A stretch of 53,804 nt of DNA from Saprolegnia diclina VS20 (taxonomy: Eukaryota), in NCBI RefSeq assembly GCF_000281045.1, contig NW_008246128.1:186617-240420 (forward strand), given 5' to 3'. The notes beneath the pieces are model-generated. The model searched no databases. It saw only the letters and a program-made list of their open reading frames with translations, and was not told the DNA's origin. Below, piece after piece: positions 1 to 11,432 of this stretch; position 1 is the first letter of the stretch; each line of letters opens with the position of its first letter. A program made the position numbers and the translations under genes.

Positions 1-116
1 TCATCGAGACTCAGTGCAATCTCAAAGTCCTGTACACCGTGGTGCAAAGTCTGGGACGGCGCTGACCGCAGCGATTGTTTTTCGCTTGCCCCGGGCGCGC
101 AGCGATGCGCGCCTTG

Positions 117-630
117 GTTTGAAACGAGAGGCGTGTAGTCGTTGTAACGCTGCTCTAATGTACGCCGTCTCGTTAGCGTGAGTGTAGTAAATGCAGTGGC
201 ACGCGTGCTTTGTGTGTACAAGAAATAGTCGAGTGGCAAGAAAGAATAAAGTGCGTCCTTCCGGTCTACAGTGACCACTGAGCTGGTGGACGGCACCAGC
301 ATCAGGCGCTAGTATCAGATCGGCTCGAGGAGAGGACCTACAGCTCAGTGGTTGGTGGTAACTCAGCGATCGAAAGGCTGTAGTACGGAAGGTACTGTAC
401 CGTCACGCACACGTTTTGCAGCTTAGGCTGGATCCGGCACAACATTGCTTATATCCTTATATCCGACATGACGACTGCTGTCCAAGGGTATATCACTGCT
501 GTACAAGGGTATACATCTCTTAAAATATACCCTTGTGCTGTAGTATCCTTGGTTCTCGTACAGTTCAGAGTCGAAACGTCGTCGCGACAGGAGCAACAAG
601 CACGACGAACGTATCCAAGGTGCGACTAAG
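117..630 (+). repeat. Copy 1 of the ~500-bp repeat found downstream of GH17/PAN genes
   Basis: Aligns by eye with ~920-1390 (tttgaaacgagaggcg...tccaaggtgcgactaag) with substitutions and indels; ends at the N gap. Confidence 0.9.
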
Positions 631-731
631 NNNNNNNNNNNNNNNNNNNNNNNNNNNNNNNNNNNNNNNNNNNNNNNNNNNNNNNNNNNNNNNNNNNNNN
701 NNNNNNNNNNNNNNNNNNNNNNNNNNNNNNC

Positions 732-881
732 ATGGCCTCTCTCATTACGCAGTGCTGCGCCAAGTGCCTCGCGACGTCCAACTGCGGCGGGTACTCGATC
801 TTTGAGAACCGGTGCTACATCAAGTCGGCGATGAATGGCCAGAAGGGCGTCAACGGTGTCACGTCCGCGCGCCGTCAATAG
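732..881 (+). CDS. C-terminal PAN/Apple fragment of a GH17-PAN gene (5' part lost in the gap, or a truncated copy)
   Basis: Translates MASLITQCCAKCLATSNCGGYSIFENRCYIKSAMNGQKGVNGVTSARRQ*, nearly identical to the C-terminus of 8560..9600. Confidence 0.8.
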   Translation: MASLITQCCAKCLATSNCGGYSIFENRCYIKSAMNGQKGVNGVTSARRQ

Positions 882-1390
882 GCCATCTCGGCTAGTGTGC
901 ATAGTACAAACCAGTGCGTTTGTTTGAAACGAGAGGCGCGTAGTCGTTGTAACGCTGCTCTAATGTACGCCGTCTCGTAAGCGTGAGTGTGGTAAATGCA
1001 GTGGCACGCGTGCTTTGAGTGTTGACCACAAGCAAACGCCGTTGCCACTAGAAATAGTTGACTGGCAAGCAAGAATGAAGGGCGTCCTTCCGGTCTACAG
1101 TGATCACTAAACTGGTGGACGGTGCCAGTATCAGATCCGTTCGAGGAGAGGACCTACAGCTCAGTGGTTGGTGGTAACTTAGTGATCGAAAGGTTGTAGT
1201 ATGGAAGATACAGTCCCTGCACGCACACGTTTTGCAGCTTCGCAAGGCTGGATCCGACACAACATTGCTTACAATATATCCGACATGACGACTGCTGTAG
1301 TATCCTTGGTTCTCGTACAGTTCAGAGTCGAAACGTCGTCGCGACAGGAGCAACAAGCACGACGAACGTATCCAAGGTGCGACTAAGCAC
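882..1390 (+). repeat. Copy 2 of the downstream repeat
   Basis: Matches 117-630 as a direct copy and ~7652-8040 as an inverted copy. Confidence 0.9.
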
Positions 1391-2608
1391 GATGGGAACG
1401 TTGGATCCAAATATATATTGACACGTCATCCTGCGTCAAGTCGGACTGTACGAGTGCGATTCGTTGGTGGCGCGGCTCTGGTACTACAATTTGCCGAGCT
1501 CTTTGTAGTCTACTAGCAACGACGACTAAAATACTTTGTCGCGATCAGTCAAGTGCTGCGAACGAGCTCCGACCATCTCAAGTTCCGAATCCCAAATATA
1601 TGCAGTTGATGTTTGGGTCGCACCACCACTTGGCACCACTCGCTGTCGTGACCAAGCTTGTCCATCTCCAGCACTTTCGATACTGTTATACCCACCCAAG
1701 CCGTACATTCTCCACACGAGTATGAATGGCTTCAGGCCGCCTCCTCCTTCCGGCCTGCGCGCCACCAACTCGACGAGTATGTTACGTTTTTCTGCTGCCA
1801 CTTTTCTTCGCGACCGCCCACAAGCAGGACCAGATTGAGATGCCAAGAGAGTGCCGCTTCAACCGGCACAAACGACAGCGTCATCTCTGGCAGCTTCGTC
1901 GTCAGCCACCTTCCTTCTTCTACCGTCGCATGAGGGCCGTCCATCGCAGCATTCAGATCTCCAGTGCACTGATTTCTTGCCCGAATCAGTTTCTACGTTA
2001 CTCGACTTTTCCGGTCCCACCCGTTGGTTGCGCCGCCAACATGGTATCATTGCGTCCCAATCTAGTAATGTGACTATAGTCGATACAAACATACCTACTA
2101 AATGTGGTATACACGCTCCTCGTTGTCCGCTGATACGTGGTAGTCACGCCGTGTTGCTCACGCCGCTGGCAAGCCTCGAACCCGCGTTCGAACCGTCGAT
2201 TCGCGCGGCGTCTACAACATGTGGTTTGCTGCCCATCACCCGAGCCGACGTTACGTCATGTACCGTAGTAGTACCTTATCCGACCCGCAGCCCCCGGTCG
2301 TCCAGTCGCGCGTCGTGCTAGGCGGCCGAGCGTCTACGCTCGCTAGTCGCTCCATCATGATAATAATACCGGTCTACTAGGATACACGCCCGTTTAGCCA
2401 CTGATTGATCCATCAACCCAGCCGCCACCATGGAGGCGGTTGTAACACGATGGCAAAACGTACGGAGTTCATCGAACGCAGGCTGATGGCGCCGAACCCC
2501 CGTCGCAGGCGCAAGCAAGCGCTTTGTATGTGGACCGAACCTTCGCTCGTACCATGCGGAGGCAGTCGCCGCCGACAGCTTTCGGCGCATTTTGGTTTTT
2601 GCTTTGCC

Positions 2609-3793
2609 ATGTTCAAGACGCTTTTGCTGGGTCTGGCGGCGACGGTCGCGTCGGTGTCGGCCATGGGCATCTGCTACGACACGTACGACTACAAGAACAT
2701 CGACACGCACTTTAGCACGCTCGCCGGTCGCTTCTCGACGGTCCGCACCTTCCAGACGTACATCTACAGCGACAGCCGCAATGTGATTGACGCTGCGAGC
2801 GACCACGGTCTCGGTATCTACGCCGGTGTGTGGATCCGCGACGGCATGGACTTCAACAAGGAGATCCAAGCGGTCATTGACGGCTACAAGCGCCACCCAA
2901 ACACGGTCAAGGCCGTCTTTGTCGGCAACGAAGACCTGGACAACGGCTGGAACCAGTGGCAGGTCATCGACAAGATCAACGACGCCAAGGGCCGCTTCAA
3001 GGCCGCCGGTGTCAACGTCCGCGTCGGGTCGGTGCAGACCGACGGCGCCTGGCTCCGCAGCCAGGATCTCTACAACGCGTGCGACCTTGTCGGTGTCAAC
3101 ATTTACGAGTTCTTCGGCGGTTCGCACGAAGCCCGGTGGGATGCGGTCGTCAAGAAGTTCGGCGGCAGCAAGCTCATGATCACAGAGACCGGGTGGCCGT
3201 TTGGCGGCGGCAACTACGGCAACCAAGTCGCGTCGTTCGACAACGCCGTCAAGCACTTCAACAAGGTCCGGTCCTGGATGAATGCGGGCAACGGCGGCGA
3301 AGACGTCATGTACTTTATGTTCCACGACAACCAAGGCAAGTCGCCCGACTACGAAAAGCAGTTCGGCCTCGCCGACGCGAGCGGCAAATGGAAGTTCGAC
3401 TTCTCCGGTGCCGGTCCGGCGCCGCAGCCCAACCCGCAGCCGAGCCCGTCGCCGCAGCCCAACCCGCAGCCGCAGCCGAGCTCCAACCCGCAGCCGAGCT
3501 CCAACCCGCAGCCCAACCCAAGCCCGGCACCCCAGCCCAACCCGAGCCCGGCGCCGCCGAGCGACAAGAAGTGCGGTGGGGTCGAGTGGAACACCGACTA
3601 CCCGGGCAACGACATGTTCAACTTTGCGATGGCCGGTGACATGGGCAGCCTCATGAACAAGTGCTGCAGCACGTGCCTCTCGACCTCGGGCTGCGCCGGC
3701 TTTGCGATCTTGAACAGCCGCTGCTACATCAAGTCGGCGCTCGGAGGCAAGAAGGAGGGCGCGAGCGGTGTCACGACCATGCGCCTCCAGTAA
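2609..3793 (+). CDS. Secreted glycoside hydrolase family 17 (beta-1,3-glucanase/glucanosyltransferase) with P/Q/N/S-rich linker and C-terminal PAN/Apple domain
   Basis: Signal peptide MFKTLLLGLAATVASVSA; GH17 acid/base motif VGNE and nucleophile ITETGWP; (PQPN/PSP)n linker; PAN_4-like NTDYPGND...CC..C...GC...CYIKS; intronless. Confidence 0.9.
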   Translation: MFKTLLLGLAATVASVSAMGICYDTYDYKNIDTHFSTLAGRFSTVRTFQTYIYSDSRNVIDAASDHGLGIYAGVWIRDGMDFNKEIQAVIDGYKRHPNTVKAVFVGNEDLDNGWNQWQVIDKINDAKGRFKAAGVNVRVGSVQTDGAWLRSQDLYNACDLVGVNIYEFFGGSHEARWDAVVKKFGGSKLMITETGWPFGGGNYGNQVASFDNAVKHFNKVRSWMNAGNGGEDVMYFMFHDNQGKSPDYEKQFGLADASGKWKFDFSGAGPAPQPNPQPSPSPQPNPQPQPSSNPQPSSNPQPNPSPAPQPNPSPAPPSDKKCGGVEWNTDYPGNDMFNFAMAGDMGSLMNKCCSTCLSTSGCAGFAILNSRCYIKSALGGKKEGASGVTTMRLQ

Positions 3794-4030
3794 TCGATTC
3801 CAAGTATACTACACCTATTCTATGAGTTTGCAGATTAACGTATGACAATATTATACACAATTGTCCACTGAATAATGCAAGAACCAATGGTGTTGTTTTG
3901 GCGATCGCAAAGTCAAGTAGGCGTTTATCATTTTAACGCGTTTTTGTCGTTTGAACGCGTTTTTTATTGATATGGTGTATCCGGACATGTCACCGGATAA
4001 ACAGGTGCAACCTCGGAATTTGCGACGACG

Positions 4031-4761
4031 ATGGCACCGCTGACGACGCTGCCCGAGGTGCCAGCTCATTGCACGCGCCTGTACCTCTGCCGCCACGGCG
4101 AGACGCGTACGCTGCCATCTCACTAACGTCGCATGTGCATCATGCGCTGTATCATGTAGAGTTCAACGTCGACGGCTGCTTCCAAGGCAGTGGCATCGAC
4201 AGCGTCCTGACCGCGCACGGCGCAGCGCAGGCACACGCACTTGGGCTTGCGTTTGCCGACGTTCCACTGGACGCAGTCTTCTCGAGCACGCTCTTGCGGG
4301 CCAAAGCGACGGCCGCGCAGATCCAGCGCCACCACGCGGCCACGTCGGGCACGGTTGATGGCATCCAAGAAATGCACTTTGGCGAGTACGAGGGCAAGAA
4401 GCTCGCGTCGCACCAAGTAGAGTTTCACGCTGTCGTCGACAAGTGGGCGGCCGGGGACCTCGACGTTGCGTGGCCCGGCGGCGAGTCGGCGACCGACGTC
4501 GCGACCCGGGGCACCGCCGCTCTGGAAGCGCTGCTGAGAGCCGCCCCTCAACGGCGCCACGTAGCCGTCGTGTGCCACAGCCGGTTCAACCGCATCGTCT
4601 TGGCGTCGCTTGTGCACAACGATTTGCGCACGATGGCGAATATCGTCCAAGACAACACGTGCGTCAACGTCCTCGACTACGACCACGTGACGCGCTCGTT
4701 CTATCCGATTCTCATCAACAACACGGACCACTGGCGCTACCTCGAGACCCTATCGACGTAA
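4031..4761 (+). CDS. Histidine phosphatase (phosphoglycerate mutase family); exons 4031-4106 and 4160-4761
   Basis: LYLCRHGET motif in exon 1; GT-AG intron 4107-4159 restores the frame to QFNVDGCFQG...FSSTLLRAKATA...EMHFGEYEG...PGGES...VVCHSRFNR. Confidence 0.88.
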
Positions 4762-5067
4762 TTTCAACCCTGTTTCGGTATCCAAGCAGAGTAGGATATA
4801 GAGACCAGCATCGACGACATCAGGAGGATATAGCTATCACGATGGCGAGCTAGCGGTGAGCTTCATTATTCATGGTCTCGTTGACAGAGCTTATTGACGG
4901 TCAAGCGCCAAGGTGCGGGACAGTGCCTTGGACTCCATTCAATGGCGTACCCACTCCACCACACGACATGCAGTTGGACAGAATAGCGTTTATCACAGTG
5001 TTAAAATGACGTCGAGACGATCGCAAAACAACAAACGCAAGGGTGTTGCCTCTTCTTCCCACAAAGT

Positions 5068-6074
5068 TTATTGACGGCGCGCGGTCGTGACGCCGTTGAC
5101 GCTCCGGCGACCGACCATGACCGACTTGATGTAGCAGACATCGTTCTTGATCGCGTAGCCGGCGCAGCCCGAGGTCGCGAGGCACTTGCCGCAGCACTGT
5201 GAAATGAGAGACGCCATGTCGCCCTTGATGCCAAACTGGAAGAGGTCGTTGCCGGGGTAGTCGGTGTCCCACTCGGGCGCCGAGCACGANNNNNNNNNNN
5301 NNNNNNNNNNNNNNNNNNNNNNNNNNNNNNNNNNNNNNNNNNNNNNNNNNNNNNNNNNNNNNNNNNNNNNNNNNNNNNNNNNNNNNNNNNNNNNNNNNNN
5401 NNNNNNNNNNNNNNNNNNNNNNNNNNNNNNNNNNNNNNNNNNNNNNNNNNNNNNNNNNNNNNNNNNNNNNNNNNNNNNNNNNNNNNNNNNNNNNNNNNNN
5501 NNNNNNNNNNNNNNNNNNNNNNNNNNNNNNNNNNNNNNNNNNNNNNNNNNNNNNNNNNNNNNNNNNNNNNNNNNNNNNNNNNNNNNNNNNNNNNNNNNNN
5601 NNNNNNNNNNNNNNNNNNNNNNNNNNNNNNNNNNNNNNNNNNNNNNNNNNNNNNNNNNNNNNNNNNNNNNNNNNNNNNNNNNNNNNNNNNNNNNNNNNNN
5701 NNNNNNNNNNNNNNNNNNNNNNNNNNNNNNNNNNNNNNNNNNNNNNNNNNNNNNNNNNNNNNNNNNNNNNNNNNNNNNNNNNNNNNNNNNNNNNNNNNNN
5801 NNNNNNNNNNNNNNNNNNNNNNNNNNNNNNNNNNNNNNNNNNNNNNNNNNNNNNNNNNNNNNNNNNNNNNNNNNNNNNNNNNNNNNNNNNNNNNNNNNNN
5901 NNNNNNNNNNNNNNNNNNNNNNNNNNNNNNNNNNNNNNNNNNNNNNNNNNNNNNNNNNNNNNNNNNNNNNNNNNNNNNNNNNNNNNNNNNNNNNAAGTCG
6001 TACGTGTCGTAGCAGGCGCCCATGGCCGCGACCGACGCGATCGTCGTCGCAAGGAAGCTCAAGATCGCTCGCAT
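5068..6074 (-). CDS. Secreted GH17-PAN paralogue (middle hidden in the assembly gap)
   Basis: N-terminus MRAILSFLATTIASVAAMGACYDTYD and C-terminus SCSAPEWDTDYPGNDLFQF...CCGKCLATSGCAGY...CYIKS...RRQ* flank the N run; both match 8560..9600. Confidence 0.8.
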
Positions 6075-6083
6075 GAGGTCGAG

Positions 6084-6101
6084 TGCAAAATGAAAAGTGA
6101 G
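6084..6101 (-). promoter_or_regulatory. Oomycete INR+FPR-like core promoter of the GH17 copy
   Basis: Minus strand CTCACTTTTCATTTTGCA ~10 nt before the ATG resembles the oomycete YCAYTYY-NNWTTYNC initiator/FPR consensus. Confidence 0.55.
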
Positions 6102-7651
6102 AGTTGATGTCGAGTTGAGCTCTTGCCAAGGAGGCATCTGAGTTTGCCGTGATGGATCCAGGTTTCTCAAGCCTCATCAGAATCAACGACGTTACCACAT
6201 CGTACCCAAAGCCTCCGGGTACTACAATGCGACGGCAACATTCCAGTGGCACCGTTCGACGACGATGGAAAAGGAAATTCAGACATGTCGTTTGTCGTTT
6301 GTCGTTCGCGGTCGTCCAACATATGTTCCGGCCTGTGGGCGACCTCGTCGTAACGGACACTGCTCACTTTGCACGCCTCATTGCTCATCTGGAGAGCAGT
6401 GCGATTCTCGTACCGAGAGTCGAGCAAAGAATGCGCTACTCTCGTGAAGCCTTTTGAAAGAGCGTTGAAATTACATGCGAATGCCGTGGTCGAACCCTGT
6501 TCCACCTGTCGTTGCAAGCACCTGTCGGTGTATGCAGGCCGATCCATAACGGCCCACGTTCGTCCGCGTATAAATCCGCATGGAATGGTGTACGTGCTGG
6601 TGTGTGTCAGAACACCGAGACAACGACAGGGTGCGACCTGACGCGTACTCAGATGAGTCGACTTACAAAGCGCGGCAACGTGCGTGCATGACGCGTCGCA
6701 AAACGACGCACAAGCACCAAGTGCATGCACCAAGTGTGTCCTTCGTAACCCTTCGCAACCACCGCGAATCTCAAGAGGTGCTACGAAGGACGAGGTCATT
6801 TCGATCGGCTTTTCGCCCTCCCATGATAGTGCTTTCATGGTGTCCGTATTGGGGAAGCGGGCCCTTACTCTTGGCGCCTTGTGGACGCTCGCAGCGCCGG
6901 TGTCGACGATGCGGCTATAGCATACCGCAACGAACCAAAAATCTAGAGAAGCTGCCAACCACCAGCCTTCTCCAGACCTAGCATCACGCTGTTGCCACCA
7001 CAGCTCTATCATCGCTAGCCGCGTTGAAAGACAATGGTTGATCTGGTTGTGCCCACATCGTACCGCTCGTTCTCTAAGAACAACCAGCCATCCAATGCAG
7101 AGAGGCTCATGGCTCCATTCGATTTGCTTTGGACGCGTAGTCTACGCCATGCTTGCTCGTTTGACGTCGCCGCGGCTCGAGACCAACAGTGCGAAAGCGC
7201 ATTTGTCAACCCACCTGTAACGAGGGGTCCTTGGACGACTCTGCCGGAACACGGCAACTGCGCGTGATGAGAAAGCGTGCAAGCTTTGAATAAGACCGAG
7301 TGGTCGAGTGAAGGCAAAACTGAAAGTGATTATGGAAAACAACTACGACAAAAGACAAACCTCGACTAACTATGTTGGTTGCGATGACCTGTACCAAGGG
7401 GATGCTTCAACGTGGCAAGCCGAGGTAGCGAGGCGCGTGCAATGGTGTATGTGGAGGGGATGTCGGGACTTGGACAAACATGGATGCAAGACGAAATGGA
7501 ACTCAAGAAATGACGACACGACGTGTGTGGCCCCGGCGACGAGGCGGAGTGACACATGCGTTCGGAGGAGATCTCGTGGCGTGGCAGCTGGACGGCTCAC
7601 CTTGTTACAAAGAGAGCTGCAGTAGTATTTTCGGTACTAACACGCATATTC

Positions 7652-8041
7652 AAGCACTGTTGTGTCGGATCGAGCCTTGCGAAGCTGCAAAACAGGTGCG
7701 TGCAGGGACTGTACCTTCCCCATACTATAACCTTTCGATCGCTGAGTTGCCACCAACCACTGAACTGGAAGTCCTCTCCTCGAACCGATCTGATACTGGC
7801 GCCGTCCACCAGTTTAGTGATCACTGTAGACCGGAAGGACGCCCTTCATTCTTGCTTGCCACTCGACAATTTCTTGTGGCAATGGCGTTTGCTTGTGGTC
7901 AACACAGAAAACACGCGTGCCACTGCATTTACTACACTCACGCTTACGAGACGGCGTACATTAGAGCAGAGTTACAACGACTACACGCCTCTCGTTTCAA
8001 ACCAACGCACTGGCTTGTACTATTACACTAGCCGAGATGGT
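7652..8041 (-). repeat. Copy 3 (inverted) of the downstream repeat
   Basis: Reverse complement of ~882-1270. Confidence 0.9.
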
Positions 8042-8322
8042 CTATTGACGGCGCGCGGTCGTGACGCCGTTGACGCCCTTCTTGCCATTCATCGCCGACT
8101 TGATGTAGCACCGGTTCTCAAAGATCGAGTACCCGCCGCAGTTGGACGTCGCGAGGCACTTGGCGCAGCACTGCGTAATGAGAGAGGCCATGCCGCCCGA
8201 AATGTCAAAGCTGAAGAGATCGTTGCCTGGGTAGTCGGTGTTCCACTCGGGTGCCGAGCACGAACCCTTGACCGGCGGCGGCGGTTGCTTCGGCTTGGGA
8301 GCTGGGCCAAAGTCAAACTTCC
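8042..8322 (-). pseudogene. 5'-truncated GH17-PAN copy (linker and PAN only)
   Basis: Minus strand reads KFDFGPAPKPKQPPPVKGSCSAPEWNTDYPGNDLFSFDISGGMASLITQCC...RRQ*; homology stops at ~8322, an in-frame TGA lies just upstream, and there is no GH17 domain or signal peptide. Confidence 0.8.
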
Positions 8323-8559
8323 GATCATGACCTCATTCTTGACTCTGCCTGTCAGGACCAATTTCGTGATTGTGGATCGTTGATCCCTGTTGCATCTGGC
8401 ACTAGGACTATTGGATCGCTCTTTTGAGTAGTTCTGAACTACTGAAGTAGTAATTTGTCGTGGAGGATGCCAAACGCGATGCCGCGACAAAAATGATATA
8501 GACGTGAAACGGATACTCGTTACATACAGTTTCAATCGACCGACGACCACACAATCGGT

Positions 8560-9600
8560 TTACTGCCGGCGCGCCGAGGTGACGCCGTTCGCGTCCTTAC
8601 GACCAGTCATCGCCGACTTGATGTAGCACCGGTTCTCAAAGATCGAGTACCCGCCGCAGTTGGACGTCGACGTGCACTTGGCACAGCACTGCGTGATGAG
8701 GCTGTTCATGTCGCCCGTGATGGCAAAGTTGAAGAGATCGTTGCCTTGGTAGTCGGTGTTCCACTCGGGCGCCGAGCAGGACCCCGATGGCGGCTTGGGC
8801 GCTGGGCCAAAGTCAAACTTCCACTGACCGTTCGAGTTGGCCAGACCAAACTGCTTTTCGTAGTCGGGCCACTTGCCCGGGTTGTCGTGGAACATAAAGT
8901 ACATGACGTCTTCGCCGCCGTTGCCCGCATTCATCCAGGACCGGATCTTGTTGAAGTGCTTGATCGCGTTGTCGTATGACGCGACTTGGTTACCGTAGTT
9001 GCCGCCACCAAACGGCCAACCGGTTTCTGTGATCATGAGCTTGCTACCGCCGTACTTCTTGACAACCGCGTTCCAGCGGTCTTCGTGCGAGCCGCCAAAG
9101 AACTCGTAAATGTTGACACCGACGATATCGCACGCGTTGTAGAGCTCCTGGCTGCGGAGCCAGCCGCCATCGGTCTGCACCGACCCGACACGCAAGTTGT
9201 TGATACCAGCGGCGCGGAGCCGGTTCCGGACATCGTTGACCTTGTCGATGACCTGCCACTGGTTCCAGCCGTTGTCGAGGTCCTCGTTGCCCACATAGAC
9301 GGCCTTGACCGCGTTCGGGTGGCGGTAATATCCATCAATGACAGCCTGGACGTCCTTGTCGTAGTCGGGGCCGCGGATCCAAATCCCGGCGTAGATACCA
9401 AGTCCGTGGTCGCTCGCAGCGTCAATCACGTTGCGGCTGTTGCTGTAGATGTACGTCTGGAAGGTCCGGACGGTCGAGAAGCGCTGGCGCATCACGTCAA
9501 AGTGGTGGTCGATGTTCTTGAAGTCGTACGTGTCGTAGCAGGCGCCCATGGCCGCGACCGACGCGATCGTCGTCGCAAGGAAACTCAAGATCGCACGCAT
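8560..9600 (-). CDS. Secreted GH17 beta-1,3-glucanase with C-terminal PAN/Apple domain (346 aa)
   Basis: Signal peptide MRAILSFLATTIASVAA; YVGNE and ITETGWP motifs; short linker; PAN domain; close paralogue of 2609..3793. Confidence 0.92.
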   Translation of the reverse strand: MRAILSFLATTIASVAAMGACYDTYDFKNIDHHFDVMRQRFSTVRTFQTYIYSNSRNVIDAASDHGLGIYAGIWIRGPDYDKDVQAVIDGYYRHPNAVKAVYVGNEDLDNGWNQWQVIDKVNDVRNRLRAAGINNLRVGSVQTDGGWLRSQELYNACDIVGVNIYEFFGGSHEDRWNAVVKKYGGSKLMITETGWPFGGGNYGNQVASYDNAIKHFNKIRSWMNAGNGGEDVMYFMFHDNPGKWPDYEKQFGLANSNGQWKFDFGPAPKPPSGSCSAPEWNTDYQGNDLFNFAITGDMNSLITQCCAKCTSTSNCGGYSIFENRCYIKSAMTGRKDANGVTSARRQ

Positions 9601-9609
9601 GAGGTCGAG

Positions 9610-9626
9610 TGCAAATTGAAAAATGC
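9610..9626 (-). promoter_or_regulatory. INR+FPR-like core promoter
   Basis: GCATTTTTCAATTTGCA upstream of the ATG, at the same position as in the 6084-6101 copy. Confidence 0.5.
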
Positions 9627-10399
9627 AACGTGAGCGAGCACGGTCCCAGCCACAACATTGCATCTGAGTTGGGTCGTGGTCGTCGTCGTGGGTGGGATCT
9701 GGGCATCGCTTACCAGAGTGGCGCGACATCGTCCGGCTGTCGACGAGATGCTCCTACATGTACTGTACCATACACTGTATGTACACGTCGCAGTGCAGAT
9801 TCTCTCGACAATGGAAGAACCCACGCGTCTTTGGCTCCGTTCCAAACGACTCCGTACGTCTCCGCCGTAAAACCGCACTGCGCGCTGGCGCCAACCGCTT
9901 TAGTGTGAGTCAGTAGAGCGAGCGCGACGCCCAAAGACACGGCGACAGGCGTGTGTCTTCCATCGACAGTCTCAGCGTCGAACCGCATGATCAAGGGGCG
10001 ATAAACGACTTTGTTTATGAACCCTCGTCGTTGAACGAGACTACCTTGTCGGCCTTTCGTTCAGCTGCGTCAGTATGCAGGCCTGATCCGCACCCGCCAC
10101 GTCCCTGCACTCCTGCATGCTCGTCGAATCGTACCTTGCTCATACGGCAAATGGCATCATGGGAAAGGCGACGGCCACGTCCATGCTCTGTCCTTCGTCT
10201 GCCTTCTCAGGTGCTGCCATGGAGCTCACCTTTATGACGTGCTACAGCCACGCAAAACGCAGTCACGCCGAACCCGAGCGTGGGGCACCGCGGCCAAGAA
10301 ATCGAGAATCCGGCGCGTCTCGTGGTAGAGATAGGCGTGCACGCCACAGACATCGATGCAGTTTAGTATGTAATCTCAGCAATAGAAACGATTGTAGTA

Positions 10400-11139
10400 T
10401 CACTGCGGCGGTTCGAGGAAGCGCCAGTGGTCGGTGCAGTTGAGAACGTGCGCGCGAAACGTGCCGGTCGCCCGGTCAAAGTCGAGGACGTTGACGCACG
10501 TGTTGTCCTGCTCGATCGCCTCCATTTGGCGCAAGTCGTCGTGCAAAAGCGACGCGAGCACGACACGGTTGAAGCGGCCATGGCACACGATCGCCACATG
10601 GTCGAGCGGGCGGCGTGCGAGCTCGCGCAGCGCGGCCGTACCTCGTCGCTCGACGTCGATGGCCGACTCGCCGCCCGGCCACGCCGCGCCCAACTCGCCG
10701 GCATTCCACTGATCGATGACGGCATGGAGCAAGTGCTTGCTCTCGGTGAGCTTCTTGCCTTCGTTCTCGCCGTAGCCCATCTCTTCGACACCATCGATCG
10801 CGCCGGTGATGACGCCATTGTGGTGCTGGCTGATCATCGCGGCGGTCGCCCTGGCGCGCGAGAGCGTGCTGGAGAAGATGCCTTGTAGCGGGATGGCGCG
10901 GAACGCTTCGCCAAGCGCCCGCGCTTGGGCTAGGCCCAGGGCGTTGAGGTCGCTGTCGATGCCACGACCCTGGAAGCGGCCTTCGAGGTTGTAGTCTATT
11001 GCCCGTAGCATCATCGCCAGACTTCAAGGATGAGGAAGACGAAGAAGCGCGTACTTGTCTCGCCATGGCGGCAAAGGTACAATCGCGTCGTGCCTGCTGG
11101 TAGCGGCTGCGCTGCGGCGACGGCGGCCAAGGTCGACAT
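10400..11139 (-). CDS. Histidine phosphatase (PGM family) paralogue; exons 11139-11055 and 10995-10400
   Basis: MSTLAAVAAAQPLPAGTTRLYLCRHGET; phase-1 intron 11054-10996 at the same position as in the 4031 copy; then NYNLEGRFQG...PGGES...IVCHGRFNR...QDNTCVNVLD. Confidence 0.88.
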
Positions 11140-11374
11140 CCCGACGGGTGCAAGGAAGTGTGCCAATGCGATCTCTGTCGAACGGATAAGCCGTGCCCCA
11201 CATCCGGATGTGACTCGCATATTGTATATTTGAATATTCGTTCGAATAGGATGGCTCTGCGTTTTCCAACAGCAGGTTAGAATATATATTGCTCTCGACA
11301 GCGCGCTCTGCATACAAATATAGAAGCGAGTTTCGATTCGCAAAGATCGAACGTCCGACATCGACTGCTCACCA

Positions 11375-11432
11375 AGCACGGGCATGGAGCAGCTCATGGA
11401 GCACGGGCATGGAGCAGCTCATGGAGCACGGG
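11375..11432. repeat. 25-bp tandem duplication
   Basis: agcacgggcatggagcagctcatgg x2 plus a partial third copy (agcacggg). Confidence 0.85.

Noticed and set aside
1526..2090. Possible L1/Tx1 retrotransposon relic (ELVARRPEGGGGL)
   Set aside because: The similarity is one short, low-information motif; not enough without a search.
3420..3560. Tandem DNA repeats ccgcagcc/aacccg
   Set aside because: These simply encode the P/Q/N/S linker of the GH17-PAN protein.
4901..6360. Long ORFs crossing the N run
   Set aside because: Artefacts of translating through the gap; only the GH17-PAN ends are supported.
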